Shown: positions 21,973-36,057 of the stretch, piece after piece
Position numbering within the stretch: the first letter of the stretch is position 1
How the letters are laid out: each line of letters opens with the position of its first letter
NCBI RefSeq assembly: GCF_048403405.1
Contig: NZ_CP183129.1
Direction: 5' to 3' (one strand)
From: Escherichia coli
Lineage (GTDB): Bacteria > Pseudomonadota > Gammaproteobacteria > Enterobacterales > Enterobacteriaceae
Length of the DNA stretch: 64,000 nt
The notes under the pieces: generated by a model
Seen by the model: only the letters and a program-made list of their open reading frames with translations
The model's database searches: none
Told to the model about the DNA's origin: nothing
Program-made: the position numbers and the translations under genes

Positions 21973-22301
21973 ATATGGCTGAACATAATAAATTGTAAAA
22001 ATTAAACCAGATGCAAATACCCATTAATAAGGTGAAAAAATGTGACAAGTCACATACTGAGCAGAATGATAAGTTTATTTTTATACTTTCATGCCGGTAG
22101 CATTGTTAACCCAATGAAAATTATGCATATCCATCCCACCCCATCTTTCATCTCATTAAACAATAAATTTATGCACTCAATTATTCCATTCTTTATATAA
22201 CAAGCTTTTTAATATTGTTAAATAAAACCAAATACATTCAACTGTCAGTTAATATATTCTTGCCTCGCAACACTCTATCTCATTATTTAAAGGACTCAGC
22301 T

Positions 22302-22868
22302 ATGTTTAAAGGACAAAAAACATTGGCCGCACTGGCCGTATCTCTGCTGTTCACTGCACCTGTTTATGCGGCTGATGAAGGATCCGGTGAAATTCACTTT
22401 AAAGGTGAAGTTATTGAAGCACCGTGTGAAATACATCAGGATGATATTGATAAAGAAGTTGAACTCGGTCAGGTGACCACCAGCCACATTAATCAGTCGC
22501 ATCACAGCGATGCCGTTGCTGTCGACCTGCGCTTAGTCAACTGCGATCTGGAAAACTCCAACAACGGTTCCGGCGGCAAGATTTCTAAAGTTGCAGTCAC
22601 CTTTGACAGCTCAGCGAAAACCACCGGCGCAGATCCGATTCTCAACAACACCAGCACGGGTGAAGCGACCGGTGTCGGCGTGCGTTTAATGAATAAAGAT
22701 CAAAGCAATATCGTTTTAGGCACCGCTACTCCAGATATCGACCTGGCACCAACCTCCAGCGAACAAACGTTAAATTTCTTTGCGTGGATGGAACAAATTG
22801 ATCAGGCTACGCCCGTAACACCAGGCGCAGTTACGGCGAATGCGACCTACGTACTGGATTATAAATAA
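22302..22868 (+). CDS. ybgD: fimbrial major subunit (chaperone-usher fimbriae)
   Basis: 188 aa from MFKGQKTLAALAVSLLFTAPVYA (signal peptide); first gene of a subunit-usher-chaperone-adhesin operon. Confidence 0.85.
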   Translation: MFKGQKTLAALAVSLLFTAPVYAADEGSGEIHFKGEVIEAPCEIHQDDIDKEVELGQVTTSHINQSHHSDAVAVDLRLVNCDLENSNNGSGGKISKVAVTFDSSAKTTGADPILNNTSTGEATGVGVRLMNKDQSNIVLGTATPDIDLAPTSSEQTLNFFAWMEQIDQATPVTPGAVTANATYVLDYK

Positions 22869-22918
22869 GTATCACTTTGGCGGCGTCATCGCCGCCTTTC
22901 TTCAAATATTTATCAGGT

Positions 22919-25378
22919 ATGGACACCGTGAATATTTATCGACTCTCTTTTATATCCTGTCTGGTCATGGCGATGCCTTGCGCATTGGCGGTCGAATTCA
23001 ATCTGAATGTTCTCGATAAATCAATGCGCGACCGCATTGATATTTCATTATTAAAGGAAAAAGGAGTCATTGCTCCCGGTGAATATTTTGTTAGCGTTGC
23101 GGTGAATAACAACCAAATCAGTAATGGGCAAAAAATCAACTGGCAAAAAAAGGGGGACAAAACCATTCCATGCATCAATGATTCACTGGTCGATAAATTT
23201 GGTTTAAAACCAGATATCCGTCAGTCCTTGCCACAGATAGATCGGTGTATTGATTTCAGTTCCCGACCTGAAATGCTCTTCAATTTCGATCAAGCCAATC
23301 AGCAACTGAATATCACTATTCCACAAGCCTGGCTGGCGTGGCACTCAGATAACTGGACTCCCCCCTCAACATGGAAAGAAGGTGTCGCCGGCGTCCTGAT
23401 GGACTACAACCTGTTTGCTAGCAGCTACCGCCCACAGGATGGTAGCAACAGCACTAACCTGAACGCCTATGGAACAGCCGGAATTAACGCGGGAGCATGG
23501 CGTTTACGCAGTGATTACCAATTGAATCAGACCGATAGCGATGATAACCATGAACAGTCAGGCGAAATATCACGCACCTATCTTTTTCGTCCATTACCGC
23601 AATTAGGTTCAAAATTAACCCTTGGTGAAACGGATTTCAGTTCCAATATTTTCGACGGCTTTTCTTATACCGGCGCGGCACTGGCAAGTGACGATCGGAT
23701 GTTACCGTGGGAGCTACGCGGCTACGCCCCACAAATCAGCGGCATTGCACAAACCAACGCCACCGTCACCGTGAGTCACTCAGGGCGAGTTATTTACCAG
23801 AAAAAAGTCCCACCAGGTCCGTTTATCATTGATGACCTTAATCAGTCCGTCCAGGGTACGTTGGATGTCAAAGTGACGGAAGAAGATGGTCGGGTGAACA
23901 ATTTCCAGGTTTCGGCAGCATCGACTCCCTTCCTGACTCGCCAGGGACAGGTTCGCTATAAATTGGCCGCGGGTCAGCCACGGCCCTCCATGTCACATCA
24001 AACTGAAAATGAAACCTTTTTTAGCAATGAAGTTTCCTGGGGGATGCTGTCAAATACCTCGCTGTACGGCGGCCTGCTGATTTCGGGTGACGACTACCAT
24101 TCTGCCGCAATGGGTATCGGGCAAAATATGCTCTGGCTTGGTGCATTGTCGTTTGATGTCACCTGGGCCAGTAGTCAGTTTGATACTCAGCAGGACGAGC
24201 GGGGCTTAAGTTACCGCTTTAATTACAGCAAACAAGTGGATGCCACTAACAGCACGATTTCGCTCGCCGCTTATCGCTTCTCAGATCGTCATTTTCACAG
24301 CTACGCCAACTATCTGGATCACAAATACAACGACAACGATGCGCAGGACGAAAAACAGACGATCAGCTTATCCGTGGGGCAACCGATTACCCCACTGAAC
24401 TTCAATCTGTACGCCAACCTGCTGCATCAAACCTGGTGGAATGCAGACGCCTCCACGACCGCCAACATCACGGCGGGTTTTAATGTTGATATTGGTAACT
24501 GGAGAGATATCTCGATCTCGACGTCATTCAATACAACCCATTACGAAGATAAAGATCGCGACAATCAGATTTACCTGTCGATTTCGCTCCCCTTCGGTAA
24601 CGGGGGGCGGGTCGGTTATGACATGCAAAACAGTAATCACAGCACCACGCACCGCATGTCGTGGAATGATACGTTAGATGAACGTAATAGCTGGGGCATG
24701 TCTACCGGACTGCAATCCGACCGTCCGGATAATGGAGCCCAGGTGAGCGGTAACTATCAGCACCTGAGTTCAGCGGGTGAGTGGGATATTTCTGGTACCT
24801 ATGCCGCCAATGATTACAGTTCCGTCAGCAGCAGCTGGAGCGGTTCTTTCACGGCAACTCAATATGGTGCAGCGTTCCATCGTCGCAGCTCCACCAATGA
24901 ACCACGTCTGATGGTCAGTACCGATGGCGTGGCAGATATTCCGGTTCAGGGCAATCTCGACTACACCAACCATTTTGGCATTGCGGTGGTGCCGTTGATT
25001 TCCAGTTATCAGCCTTCCACCGTGTCGGTGAACATGAATGATTTACCCGACGGCGTAACAGTGGCAGATAACGTTATCAAAGAAACGTGGATTGAAGGCG
25101 CGATAGGTTACAAATCGCTGGCTTCCCGTTCCGGTAAAGACGTTAACGTCATCATTCGCAACGCCAGCGGTCAGTTCCCTCCCCTCGGTGCGGATATCCG
25201 CCAGGATGATAGCGGCATTAGCGTGGGGATGGTTGGCGAGGAAGGACATGCCTGGTTAAGTGGAGTCGCTGAAAATCAACAATTTACCGTGGTCTGGGGT
25301 GATAGCCAGCGTTGCTCGATCCATCTTCCTGAACATATGGAAGACACCGCAAATCGCCTGATTTTACCTTGTCATTAA
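22919..25378 (+). CDS. ybgQ: fimbrial outer-membrane usher protein
   Basis: About 820 aa; start ambiguous (ATG 22877 or 22919, GTG 22928). Confidence 0.85.
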   Translation: MDTVNIYRLSFISCLVMAMPCALAVEFNLNVLDKSMRDRIDISLLKEKGVIAPGEYFVSVAVNNNQISNGQKINWQKKGDKTIPCINDSLVDKFGLKPDIRQSLPQIDRCIDFSSRPEMLFNFDQANQQLNITIPQAWLAWHSDNWTPPSTWKEGVAGVLMDYNLFASSYRPQDGSNSTNLNAYGTAGINAGAWRLRSDYQLNQTDSDDNHEQSGEISRTYLFRPLPQLGSKLTLGETDFSSNIFDGFSYTGAALASDDRMLPWELRGYAPQISGIAQTNATVTVSHSGRVIYQKKVPPGPFIIDDLNQSVQGTLDVKVTEEDGRVNNFQVSAASTPFLTRQGQVRYKLAAGQPRPSMSHQTENETFFSNEVSWGMLSNTSLYGGLLISGDDYHSAAMGIGQNMLWLGALSFDVTWASSQFDTQQDERGLSYRFNYSKQVDATNSTISLAAYRFSDRHFHSYANYLDHKYNDNDAQDEKQTISLSVGQPITPLNFNLYANLLHQTWWNADASTTANITAGFNVDIGNWRDISISTSFNTTHYEDKDRDNQIYLSISLPFGNGGRVGYDMQNSNHSTTHRMSWNDTLDERNSWGMSTGLQSDRPDNGAQVSGNYQHLSSAGEWDISGTYAANDYSSVSSSWSGSFTATQYGAAFHRRSSTNEPRLMVSTDGVADIPVQGNLDYTNHFGIAVVPLISSYQPSTVSVNMNDLPDGVTVADNVIKETWIEGAIGYKSLASRSGKDVNVIIRNASGQFPPLGADIRQDDSGISVGMVGEEGHAWLSGVAENQQFTVVWGDSQRCSIHLPEHMEDTANRLILPCH

Positions 25379-25393
25379 TTAAGGAAATGAAAA

Positions 25394-26125
25394 ATGACAT
25401 TTATGAAAGGACTTCCCCTTTTGTTGTTGATTGCCAGTCTGTGCAGCTACGCTGCGCTACAACCCGATCGCACTCGCATTGTGTTTAACGCTAATGATAA
25501 AGCCACCAGCCTACGAGTGGATAATCGTAGCGATAAACTCCCCTACCTCGCTTATTCCTGGCTCGAAAATGAAAAAGGGGAGAAAAGCGACGATCTTCTG
25601 GTCGCCCTGCCACCGATACAACGTCTGGAACCGAAAGCAACAACGCAGGTGCGGATAGTCAAGCAAGCCTCGACCGCGAAATTACCGGGCGATCGCGAAA
25701 CGCTATTTTTCTACAATATGCGTGAAATTCCTCCCTCCCCAGAAAAAAACAGCGGCCATGCCGTTCTGCAGGTCGCCATCCAGAGTCGTATCAAGGTGTT
25801 CTGGAGACCGTCCGCGTTACGCAAGAAAGCAGGAGAAAAAGTCGAGCTACAGTTACAAGTCAGCCAGCAGGGCAATCAACTTAACTTAAAAAACCCGACC
25901 GGCTATTACCTGACAATCGCCTACTTGGGACGAAATGAGCAAGCTGTTCTCCCGGGCTTCAAAACCGTGATGGTTGCGCCTTTTAGTACAGTAATTACAA
26001 ACACCGGAAGTTATAGCGGCAGTCAGTTTTATCTCGGTTATATGGATGATTACGGCGCGTTACGCATGACGACGCTCAATTGCAACGGACATTGCCGTTT
26101 ACAAGCAGTGGAGGCGAAGAAATGA
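25394..26125 (+). CDS. ybgP: fimbrial periplasmic chaperone
   Basis: 243 aa with signal peptide; PapD-like size. Confidence 0.85.
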   Translation: MTFMKGLPLLLLIASLCSYAALQPDRTRIVFNANDKATSLRVDNRSDKLPYLAYSWLENEKGEKSDDLLVALPPIQRLEPKATTQVRIVKQASTAKLPGDRETLFFYNMREIPPSPEKNSGHAVLQVAIQSRIKVFWRPSALRKKAGEKVELQLQVSQQGNQLNLKNPTGYYLTIAYLGRNEQAVLPGFKTVMVAPFSTVITNTGSYSGSQFYLGYMDDYGALRMTTLNCNGHCRLQAVEAKK

Positions 26126-27183
26126 GTACTGGCAAAGGATTGTTGCTCGTCATCTGTCTGTTATTTCTGCCATTGAAGTCTGCGCTAGCGCTGAACTGCT
26201 ATTTTGGTACTTCCGGCGGAACGGTAGAAAAATCGGAAGCGATTCAACCCTTTGCTGTGCCAGGTAATGCCAAACCCGGCGATAAGATCTGGGAATCTGA
26301 CGATATTAAAATTCCCGTCTATTGTGACAACAATACCAACGGCAACTTTGAAAGCGAACATGTCTACGCATGGGTAAACCCCTACCCGGGGGTACAGGAT
26401 CGTTATTATCAACTCGGCGTGACATACAATGGTGTCGATTACGATGCCAGTCTGGGGAAAAGCCGCATCGACACCAACCAGTGTATCGACAGTAAGAACA
26501 TTAACATTTATACCCCTGAGCAGATTATCGCGATGGGCTGGCAGAACAAAATATGCTCGGGTGACCCCGCTAATATTCACATGTCGCGAACCTTTCTTGC
26601 TCGTATGCGGTTATACGTTAAGATTCGCGAAATACCGCCGCATGATTATCAAAGTACGCTTAGCGACTACATCGTCGTGCAATTTGATGGTGCCGGTAGC
26701 GTTAACGAAGACCCTACCGCCCAAAACCTGAAATACCATATTACTGGTCTGGAAAACATTCGTGTACTGGATTGCAGCGTCAATTTTTCTATTTCACCAG
26801 AAACACAGGTGATTGATTTTGGTAAATTTAACCTGCTGGATATTCGCCGCCACACAATGTCGAAAACATTCAGTATTAAGACGACAAAATCACAAAATGA
26901 CCAGTGCACCGACGGATTTAAGGTCAGCTCTTCGTTTTATACCGAAGAAACATTGATTGAAGAGGATAAAGCACTGCTGATTGGTAATGGACTGAAGCTA
27001 CGTTTGCTGGATGAAAATTCTTCACCCTATACTTTCAACAAATACAGCGAATATGCTGATTTCACCAGCGATATGCTGATCTACGAAAAAACCTATACGG
27101 CTGAACTTTCGTCCATTCCCGGCACCCCCATCGAAGCGGGTCCCTTCGATACAGTGGTGCTTTTTAAGATTAACTATAACTAA
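26122..27183 (+). CDS. ybgO: fimbrial adhesin-like / minor subunit protein
   Basis: 353 aa from [23 protein letters not shown]; start overlaps the ybgP stop. Confidence 0.8.
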   Translation: MSTGKGLLLVICLLFLPLKSALALNCYFGTSGGTVEKSEAIQPFAVPGNAKPGDKIWESDDIKIPVYCDNNTNGNFESEHVYAWVNPYPGVQDRYYQLGVTYNGVDYDASLGKSRIDTNQCIDSKNINIYTPEQIIAMGWQNKICSGDPANIHMSRTFLARMRLYVKIREIPPHDYQSTLSDYIVVQFDGAGSVNEDPTAQNLKYHITGLENIRVLDCSVNFSISPETQVIDFGKFNLLDIRRHTMSKTFSIKTTKSQNDQCTDGFKVSSSFYTEETLIEEDKALLIGNGLKLRLLDENSSPYTFNKYSEYADFTSDMLIYEKTYTAELSSIPGTPIEAGPFDTVVLFKINYN

Positions 27184-27335
27184 TTTATCATGATGCCCTT
27201 TGCAGTCAGTAAAGGGCATCTCTTTCAGAAAATTGCTGATTTTCCCCTTTTCCTTGATTGCTGTTATTTTTTCCTGGCCCGGCTTTCTTTATGCTGTATC
27301 GATACACCAAAGAGAAAATAATGAGGGAGCGAAGG

Positions 27336-28382
27336 ATGCCAGTTTTGCAGTGGGGAATGTTATGTGTGCTCTCACTTCTCCTTTCTATTGGTTTCCTCGC
27401 GGTTCATCTCCCGGCGGCGCTATTACTTGGGCCGATGATCGCCGGGATCATCTTTAGTATGCGCGGAATTACTCTGCAACTTCCCCGCTCCGCTTTTCTC
27501 GCCGCCCAGGCCATTCTTGGCTGCATGATTGCGCAAAACCTCACTGGTTCGATTCTCACCACGCTGGCCGTCAACTGGCCGATCGTGCTTACAATTTTAC
27601 TGGTGACGCTGCTTTCCAGCGCCATTGTTGGGTGGCTACTGGTGCGCTATAGCTCATTACCAGGAAATACTGGTGCCTGGGGTTCTTCTCCTGGCGGCGC
27701 GGCGGCAATGGTCGCTATGGCGCAAGATTACGGCGCAGATATTCGCCTGGTGGCGTTTATGCAATATCTGCGAGTGCTGTTCGTCGCAGGGGCCGCTGTT
27801 CTGGTCACCCGCATGATGCTGGGCGATAACGCTGAAGCGGTTAACCAGCAGATCGTCTGGTTTCCGCCAGTGAGCATTAATCTCCTGCTTACGATTTTGC
27901 TCGCGGTCGTTGCCGGTACAGTGGGATGCCTGCTGCGTCTTCCTTCCGGCACGATGCTCATCCCGATGCTGGCGGGCGCAGTGCTCCAGTCTGGTCAGCT
28001 CATCACCATCGAACTACCGGAATGGCTGCTGGCGATGGCGTATATGGCAATTGGTTGGCGGATTGGTCTTGGTTTCGATAAACAAATATTACTGCGGGCA
28101 TTGCGCCCACTGCCACAAATCCTGCTGTCGATTTTTGCTCTGCTGGCTATTTGTGCGGGTATGGCGTGGGGACTGACCCGATTTATGCACATTGATTTTA
28201 TGACTGCCTACCTCGCCACCAGCCCCGGCGGGCTTGATACCGTGGCGGTCATCGCCGCAGGGAGCAATGCCGATATGGCGCTCATTATGGCGATGCAAAC
28301 CCTGCGCCTGTTCAGTATTTTGCTGACGGGACCTGCCATTGCGCGGTTTATTTCAACCTATGCGCCGAAACGTACGGCCTAG
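27336..28382 (+). CDS. abrB: AbrB-family membrane protein (putative regulator/transporter)
   Basis: 348 aa from [15 protein letters not shown]; polytopic membrane protein. Confidence 0.85.
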   Translation: MPVLQWGMLCVLSLLLSIGFLAVHLPAALLLGPMIAGIIFSMRGITLQLPRSAFLAAQAILGCMIAQNLTGSILTTLAVNWPIVLTILLVTLLSSAIVGWLLVRYSSLPGNTGAWGSSPGGAAAMVAMAQDYGADIRLVAFMQYLRVLFVAGAAVLVTRMMLGDNAEAVNQQIVWFPPVSINLLLTILLAVVAGTVGCLLRLPSGTMLIPMLAGAVLQSGQLITIELPEWLLAMAYMAIGWRIGLGFDKQILLRALRPLPQILLSIFALLAICAGMAWGLTRFMHIDFMTAYLATSPGGLDTVAVIAAGSNADMALIMAMQTLRLFSILLTGPAIARFISTYAPKRTA

Positions 28383-29170
28383 TGCTGACAGCCAGGGCAC
28401 CAGTAAAACGGGCGAGATGACAGCGTGGTTTTCTCAATGATGCTGCCACAGCGTTCACACGGTTCGCCATCACGATGAAAAACCTTAAAGCGAAACAACG
28501 CCCCATGATGTTTATTCTCATCCACCTGCCCCCGCGTAGCGTAAGAAAGTCGAGGAATATCCAGTAACGCGTCTGCGAGTGCATCCAGTTGCGCCGCACT
28601 GAGATCTTTCGCTTTACGATTGCCGGTTAACCCCACCTGCCAGAGGATCTCCACCCGCAAATAATTGCCAAGTCCTGCCAGAAACGCCTGATCGAGCAGT
28701 AATCCAGCAAACTGACGGTTACGAAAGCGCGGCGACAATAATCGTTCCTTTACCACCTCTGGCGTCAGATTCGGATCCAGCACATCTGGACCAACGCGTT
28801 GTAAAAACGGATGCGTGGTCAGTTGTTCCGGGGTCAACATCTCAATATCCGAGGCGCTATAAAGCAGAATGGTTTTGTCAGCCGTTTGCAGTTTTACCCG
28901 CAATACTCGCGTGGTCTGCGGCTCTTCGCCGGTTTCAACCACGCGCCAGACGCCGTAAAGCTGATTATGGCTGTAGAGCGTTAAGTCGTTGGAAAAATGA
29001 GTTAACAACGCCTTACCACGCGTTTCCACATGGGTAACGTGTTGACCGATAAGTCGTGATTGATAAGATTTTAACTGCGGGAAGGCAAACCAGACATCAG
29101 TTAGTGGTTTGCCTTTGATCGCCGCCTCCAGGTTATCCGCTGCACGGCGGATCTCCGGGCCTTCAGGCAT
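28379..29170 (-). CDS. nei: endonuclease VIII (DNA glycosylase/AP lyase)
   Basis: 263 aa; [10 protein letters not shown]-terminus typical of Fpg/Nei; C-terminal Cys4 zinc finger. Confidence 0.95.
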   Translation of the reverse strand: MPEGPEIRRAADNLEAAIKGKPLTDVWFAFPQLKSYQSRLIGQHVTHVETRGKALLTHFSNDLTLYSHNQLYGVWRVVETGEEPQTTRVLRVKLQTADKTILLYSASDIEMLTPEQLTTHPFLQRVGPDVLDPNLTPEVVKERLLSPRFRNRQFAGLLLDQAFLAGLGNYLRVEILWQVGLTGNRKAKDLSAAQLDALADALLDIPRLSYATRGQVDENKHHGALFRFKVFHRDGEPCERCGSIIEKTTLSSRPFYWCPGCQH

Positions 29171-29205
29171 GGTGATATCCTTTTTTCATTCTTTATTAAG
29201 CGGGG

Positions 29206-29940
29206 TTATGCTGCGACAACAATCCCCTTTTCGGCAAATGTAGAGCGTAGTCGGCGGGCGAACGCCAGTGCGTGCTCGCCATCGCCATGCAGGCAGACCG
29301 TTTGCGCCGTGACCGTTGCCCATTCGCCGGTGATGCTTTTGACTCTGCCGTGTTGCACCATCTCCAACGTTTGCTCCAGCGCCTGTTCTTCGTTTTCAAT
29401 CAACGCGCCTGGCTGGCTTCGCGGCACCAGCGAACCGTCTGCCTGATAACCGCGATCGGCAAACACTTCCTCGCGCGTTGTCAGGCCATATTGCTTGCCT
29501 GCACGAATCAGCTCGCTTCCTGCCAGCCCGACGAGAATCAATGCCGGATCGCAAGCGTATACCGCTCTGGCGATGGCGTCTGCCAGTTGTGCCTCTTTCG
29601 CCGCCTGGTTGTATAACATGCCGTGCGGTTTGACATGACACATTACGCCGCCTTGCGCACGGGTAATCGCTGCCAGCGCGCCAATTTGATACAGCGTCTG
29701 GGCGTAAACGGTTTCTGGCGGCAGCTGCATGGCGCTGCGACCAAAATTTTCCCTGTCGGGAAAACTCGGATGAGCGCCAATCGCAACACCATTTTTTATT
29801 GCTTCACGCACGCAAGCCTGCATGGTTTGCGCATCGCCTGCATGAAATCCACAGGCAATATTGGCAGAGGAAACCAGCGTTAATAGCTCTGCATCGCTGG
29901 CATAGCCTTCGCCCAGATCGGCGTTCAGGTCAATTTTCAT
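29206..29940 (-). CDS. pxpA: 5-oxoprolinase subunit A (LamB/YcsF family)
   Basis: 244 aa; [12 protein letters not shown]. Confidence 0.9.
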   Translation of the reverse strand: MKIDLNADLGEGYASDAELLTLVSSANIACGFHAGDAQTMQACVREAIKNGVAIGAHPSFPDRENFGRSAMQLPPETVYAQTLYQIGALAAITRAQGGVMCHVKPHGMLYNQAAKEAQLADAIARAVYACDPALILVGLAGSELIRAGKQYGLTTREEVFADRGYQADGSLVPRSQPGALIENEEQALEQTLEMVQHGRVKSITGEWATVTAQTVCLHGDGEHALAFARRLRSTFAEKGIVVAA

Positions 29941-30862
29941 TGTGCAGCCGCCACGCTAATTGTTCGAAATAACGTTGCTGATCTTGCCGTGCTTTCAGTG
30001 CTTCTTCCAGTGAACACTGGACAAAATGAATCGGCTGACCGAGCGGAATTTGCGCCAGATGGTACATATCAGCCTCGATGATACAGGCAATACGCGGATA
30101 ACCACCGGTGGTCTGTGCGTCGTTCAGCAACACAATCGGCTGCCCGTTATGCGGCACCTGCACCACGCCCGGTAACAAACCGTGAGATAACAGTTCGCGA
30201 TCGGTGGTACGTTTTAAAATTTGCCCCTGTAAGCGATAGCCCATTCGGTTACTTTGCGAGCTAAGCTGCCAGGGCGAACGCCAGAATGCATCCTGCGAGG
30301 CGCGATCGAACTCATGATATTCCGGCCCCGGCAAGGCGCGAATGCGGTTGCCCCACAGCAGCTGTTTAACGCCCTGCGCTTCCATAAAATCACGCTTCGC
30401 TTTGCCCATCGGGAGTCGGTCACCATCCTTCAGTAAACGGCCTTCCAGCCCGCCAATCCCTACTTTGAGATCGGTGCTGCATGACCCCATTACCGGCGGA
30501 ACATCAATACCACCCGCGACCGCCAGATAACTGCGCATCCCGTGCTGCGGGCGTTTAAGCGTTAAACGCTGGCCTGCTTTCATCGGCAATCGCCAGCCAG
30601 TCCAGACGGCATTATCATCCAGCCGCGCTTCGCAACCTGCCCCCGTCAGGGCAAACCAACCATCAGTTTCGAACTCTACCGTTAACTGACCGAGCGTGAT
30701 CTCCAGCGCGGGGGCATTGGCGTCATTACCCACCAGCAGGTTAGCAATGCGTAACGCAGGCATATCCAGTGCGCCGCAGTGGCTGATACCCGACTGGCGA
30801 AAACCGTGACGACCGCCATCCTGCACAGTGGTATACATGCCCGCACGAATAATCTTCAGCAT
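29930..30862 (-). CDS. pxpC: 5-oxoprolinase subunit C
   Basis: 310 aa; operon position between pxpB and pxpA. Confidence 0.9.
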
Positions 30863-31512
30863 ACTCCCTCCTTCTGCGGTACAAAGCGCACGCTGTCTCC
30901 CGGACGTAATAAGATGGGTTCGTCACGCGCCGGATCAAACAGGCTGAGTGAGGTATGACCAATCAACTGCCAGCCACCCGGCGTTGCCAGCGGATAAACA
31001 CCAGTCTGCGGCCCGCCGATCCCGACAGAACCTGCCGGAACGAGCAAGCGCGGTTCAGCGCGCCGTGGCGTATGTAGTTGTTCCGGCAAACTCCCGAGAT
31101 ACGGGAAGCCCGGTTGAAAACCTAAAAACCAGACCACGTATTCCACGGAGGAGTGCAATTCAACAACCTGTTTCTCACTCAACCCACAATGCGCCGCGAC
31201 CACCGCCAAATCCGGTCCGCCTGCGCCACCGTAAACCACCGGAATTTCAATAAAACGAGACTCCGGCTCCAGCGCCTCACTCTCCTCCCACCAGCGTTGC
31301 AAACGCTCAATGGCATCCAGCGCCAGCGACTCAGGATTACGTAAAATCACCGTGATATTGTTCATGCCGGGAATGGCTTCAACCACATTCGGCATATCCA
31401 CCAGACGCTGTGCCAGTCGCCAGATCCGTTTCTGGCTAGCCAGCGTCACCGGCGGTTCCAGCTCCAGCACTACCGCCGTTTCACCTATCAGATAACAACG
31501 CGCTCGTTGCAC
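30856..31512 (-). CDS. pxpB: 5-oxoprolinase subunit B
   Basis: 218 aa. Confidence 0.9.
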
Positions 31513-31534
31513 TTTCGATCCCTCTGATTATTCG

Positions 31535-32278
31535 TTATGCAGGATTAGGAATATCAATAAAGGTCACATCAAGATCGGTATTTTCATTCAGCCACTCGCT
31601 CAATGCGCGAATACCACCGCGTTCAGTGGCATGGTGACCCGCAGCATAAAAATGCAATCCCTGCTCGCGGGCTGAATGAATGGTCTGTTCAGAAACTTCG
31701 CCAGTAATAAAAGCATCCACGCCAAAACGCGCGGCGCTATCGATAAAACTCTGCCCGCCGCCCGTGCACCAGGCGACGCGCTGAACCACCTCAGGTCCGG
31801 TATCGCCACACCATAACGGCTTACGTCCCAGACGCGCTTCAATCCAGGAAGCCAGCTCCAGTCCCGGCACAGGCATGGTCAGCTCGCCCCACGGCACCAA
31901 CGGCTCAATTTCGCCCATGACCGTGATCCCCAGTAACGCCGCCAGCTGTGCGTTATTGCCCAACTCAGGATGTGCGTCAAGCGGCAAATGCCAGCCATAC
32001 AGGTTGATATCATTCGCCAGCAACGTTTTTAAACGGTTACGCTTCATGCCGCGAATGACCGGGGATTCGCCTTTCCAGAAGTAGCCATGATGCACAATGA
32101 CCGCATCCGCGCCCAGACGCACCGCTTCATCGAGCAAAGCCTGGCTGGCAGTGACACCGGTAACAATTTTTTGCACCGTCTCTTTGCCTTCCACCTGCAA
32201 ACCATTCGGCGCGTAATCACTAATCGCCGCGCTGTTCAGTTTTTCGTTAATCAGTTGTTCCAGTTCGGTGTTTTTCAT
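31535..32278 (-). CDS. ybgI: NIF3-family metal-binding protein (GTP cyclohydrolase 1 type 2 homolog)
   Basis: 247 aa. Confidence 0.9.
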   Translation of the reverse strand: MKNTELEQLINEKLNSAAISDYAPNGLQVEGKETVQKIVTGVTASQALLDEAVRLGADAVIVHHGYFWKGESPVIRGMKRNRLKTLLANDINLYGWHLPLDAHPELGNNAQLAALLGITVMGEIEPLVPWGELTMPVPGLELASWIEARLGRKPLWCGDTGPEVVQRVAWCTGGGQSFIDSAARFGVDAFITGEVSEQTIHSAREQGLHFYAAGHHATERGGIRALSEWLNENTDLDVTFIDIPNPA

Positions 32279-32365
32279 CTTCGCGCCTTCCGTATTCTGA
32301 TAGCTACACCGTTAACATAGCGTTACCTCGCCTGTTCGTCGATAGCCAATCTTTTGACATATTAA

Positions 32366-34030
<1,665 letters not shown>

Positions 34031-34072
34031 CAGGCCAGCACCGATGCCTGATAAAACGCTCGCTGCGTTTTA

Positions 34073-35491
34073 TCAGGCTCCTTTCCTCGCTTCTTCGTAC
34101 GCTGCCAGCGTTCGCAGCCTTGCCTCTTTGTGATCAACTATCGGTTGCGGATAATCCAGCGTCACACCTGCTTTCTGCGCCCACTTCCACGGCTCATGCA
34201 CCACTTTCCCTGGCACATCGCGCAGTTCCGGTAGCCACTGGCGGATAAACTCGCCTTCGCGGTCAAATTTCTCGCCCTGGGTTGTCGGGTTAAAAATACG
34301 AAAATACGGCGCTGCATCGGTTCCGGTTGAAGCGGCCCACTGCCAGCCACCGTTATTAGCTGCCAAATCACCATCAATCAGCTGCGACATGAAATATCGC
34401 TCGCCTTCGCGCCAGTCGATCAACAAATCTTTCACCAGAAAACTGGCTGTAATCATCCGTAGCCTGTTATGCATCCAGCCAGTGCTGTTAAGCTGACGCA
34501 TGGCAGCATCGACAATCGGGTATCCCGTTTTGCCTTCCTGCCAGACCTGTAAATGTGCGGGATTGCTCTGCCACTGCACACGATCCGTCCAGGCAATAAA
34601 CGGACAATGTTTACACAACGAGGGGTAATACGTCATCAGATGACGGTAGAACTCGCGCCAGATCAGCTCACTAAGCCAGACACTACCGGCCCCACCGTCC
34701 AGCGCCTGCGGCTGTTCCGCCAACAAGCGATGCAAACACTGGCGAGGCGATAACCCGCCCGTTGCCAGGCTGGCGGACAAACGACTGGTGCCTTCCACTG
34801 CCGGAAAATCTCGTTGTTGCTCATATTCTCCGGCACCGTTCTGGCAAAACTGGCGTAATTGCGCAATCGCCGCTTTTTCTTCCACCGGGAAATGCGCAGT
34901 ATCGAAAGGCTGACGAGGATAATTCAGCGTAATGGATGGCGCGGGATCTATCGATCCACTACTACGTACTTTTGGCGCAGCGACGCACTCCGGCATCCCT
35001 TCCCGCAGCCGTTTCAGCCAGGCGTTTTTAAATGGCGTAAAGACTTTGTACATCTCATGATTGCCAGTCATCACCGCCCCCGGCGGCAGGATCACGCTGT
35101 CGTCAAATCCTTCACACACCACGTTACGCAGCGTTCTCTCAACCTGCGCATCCCGCGCCCGCTCATTCACCTCATACTGATAGTTATAAAACAGATGGGT
35201 AACACGATTTTCCGCGCACACCTGTTTAACTATTTCGACGCTGGCAGCAAAGTCATCCACTTCATGAAACAGCAAAGGAATGCCTTTTTCCGCCAGCGCG
35301 ATTTGTAGCCTATTCAGTTGAGCATTGATAAGTTCAGCCTGACGCGGCGACACATTATGCGCCGCCCACTGGCGTGGTGTAGCGATATACAACGCCAGCA
35401 CGCGTGCAGACGAATAGCGGCAAGCGGCAGCCAGCGCGAGATTATCGTGCTGACGTAAATCCTGGCGAAACCAGACCAGATGGGTAGTCAT
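34073..35491 (-). CDS. phr: deoxyribodipyrimidine photolyase
   Basis: 472 aa; MTTHLVWFRQDLRQHDNLALAAA. Confidence 0.95.
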   Translation of the reverse strand: MTTHLVWFRQDLRQHDNLALAAACRYSSARVLALYIATPRQWAAHNVSPRQAELINAQLNRLQIALAEKGIPLLFHEVDDFAASVEIVKQVCAENRVTHLFYNYQYEVNERARDAQVERTLRNVVCEGFDDSVILPPGAVMTGNHEMYKVFTPFKNAWLKRLREGMPECVAAPKVRSSGSIDPAPSITLNYPRQPFDTAHFPVEEKAAIAQLRQFCQNGAGEYEQQRDFPAVEGTSRLSASLATGGLSPRQCLHRLLAEQPQALDGGAGSVWLSELIWREFYRHLMTYYPSLCKHCPFIAWTDRVQWQSNPAHLQVWQEGKTGYPIVDAAMRQLNSTGWMHNRLRMITASFLVKDLLIDWREGERYFMSQLIDGDLAANNGGWQWAASTGTDAAPYFRIFNPTTQGEKFDREGEFIRQWLPELRDVPGKVVHEPWKWAQKAGVTLDYPQPIVDHKEARLRTLAAYEEARKGA

Positions 35492-35997
35492 AAAACTCCT
35501 GAATGGCGCAAGTTAATCACATGCGGCCAAAGTTCGAAATAACGCTGCCCTGAAAGCCAGGCGTCAGGATAAAGCGCCATATAGTGTTTGATACGCATCA
35601 GCGGCGCAAGAAGCGGTTGCTCGCCACGGCGATAACTGTCGATAAGCGCCGCCAGCTGCTGGCGTTCTGTGGAATCAATATGCGGGCGAAAATACCCCTG
35701 AACGTGCATCAAAACGTTGGTGTGATCGCGCGGGTTGGCGGGATGAGAAAGCAAAACAATTACGCGTTGACGGTACTGGCTGTAAAAATCATCCAGATTT
35801 TGCCACTGGTGAATATCAGCCACAAACGGGCCAAGTTTGCGGTATTCCGGCTGGGAATGCGCCAGAAAGACGAGTTTATAGCGGCTGTGATAATCGTTGA
35901 GTGCCCCGCGCGTTAAGCCATGTTCTTTCAGTCGATATAGCTCATAAATCGCGAAGATGCGGATTAGGGTGCTTTCATCAAATCGTTGCTGATTCAT
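35488..35997 (-). CDS. ybgA: DUF1722-family protein
   Basis: 169 aa; stop overlaps the phr start (operon). Confidence 0.85.
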   Translation of the reverse strand: MNQQRFDESTLIRIFAIYELYRLKEHGLTRGALNDYHSRYKLVFLAHSQPEYRKLGPFVADIHQWQNLDDFYSQYRQRVIVLLSHPANPRDHTNVLMHVQGYFRPHIDSTERQQLAALIDSYRRGEQPLLAPLMRIKHYMALYPDAWLSGQRYFELWPHVINLRHSGVL

Positions 35998-36057
35998 TAC
36001 TGCTCCTGAGATATTAACAGGAGTAAGTGTAGACGTTGGGAAATGATGTTTGTGAAG

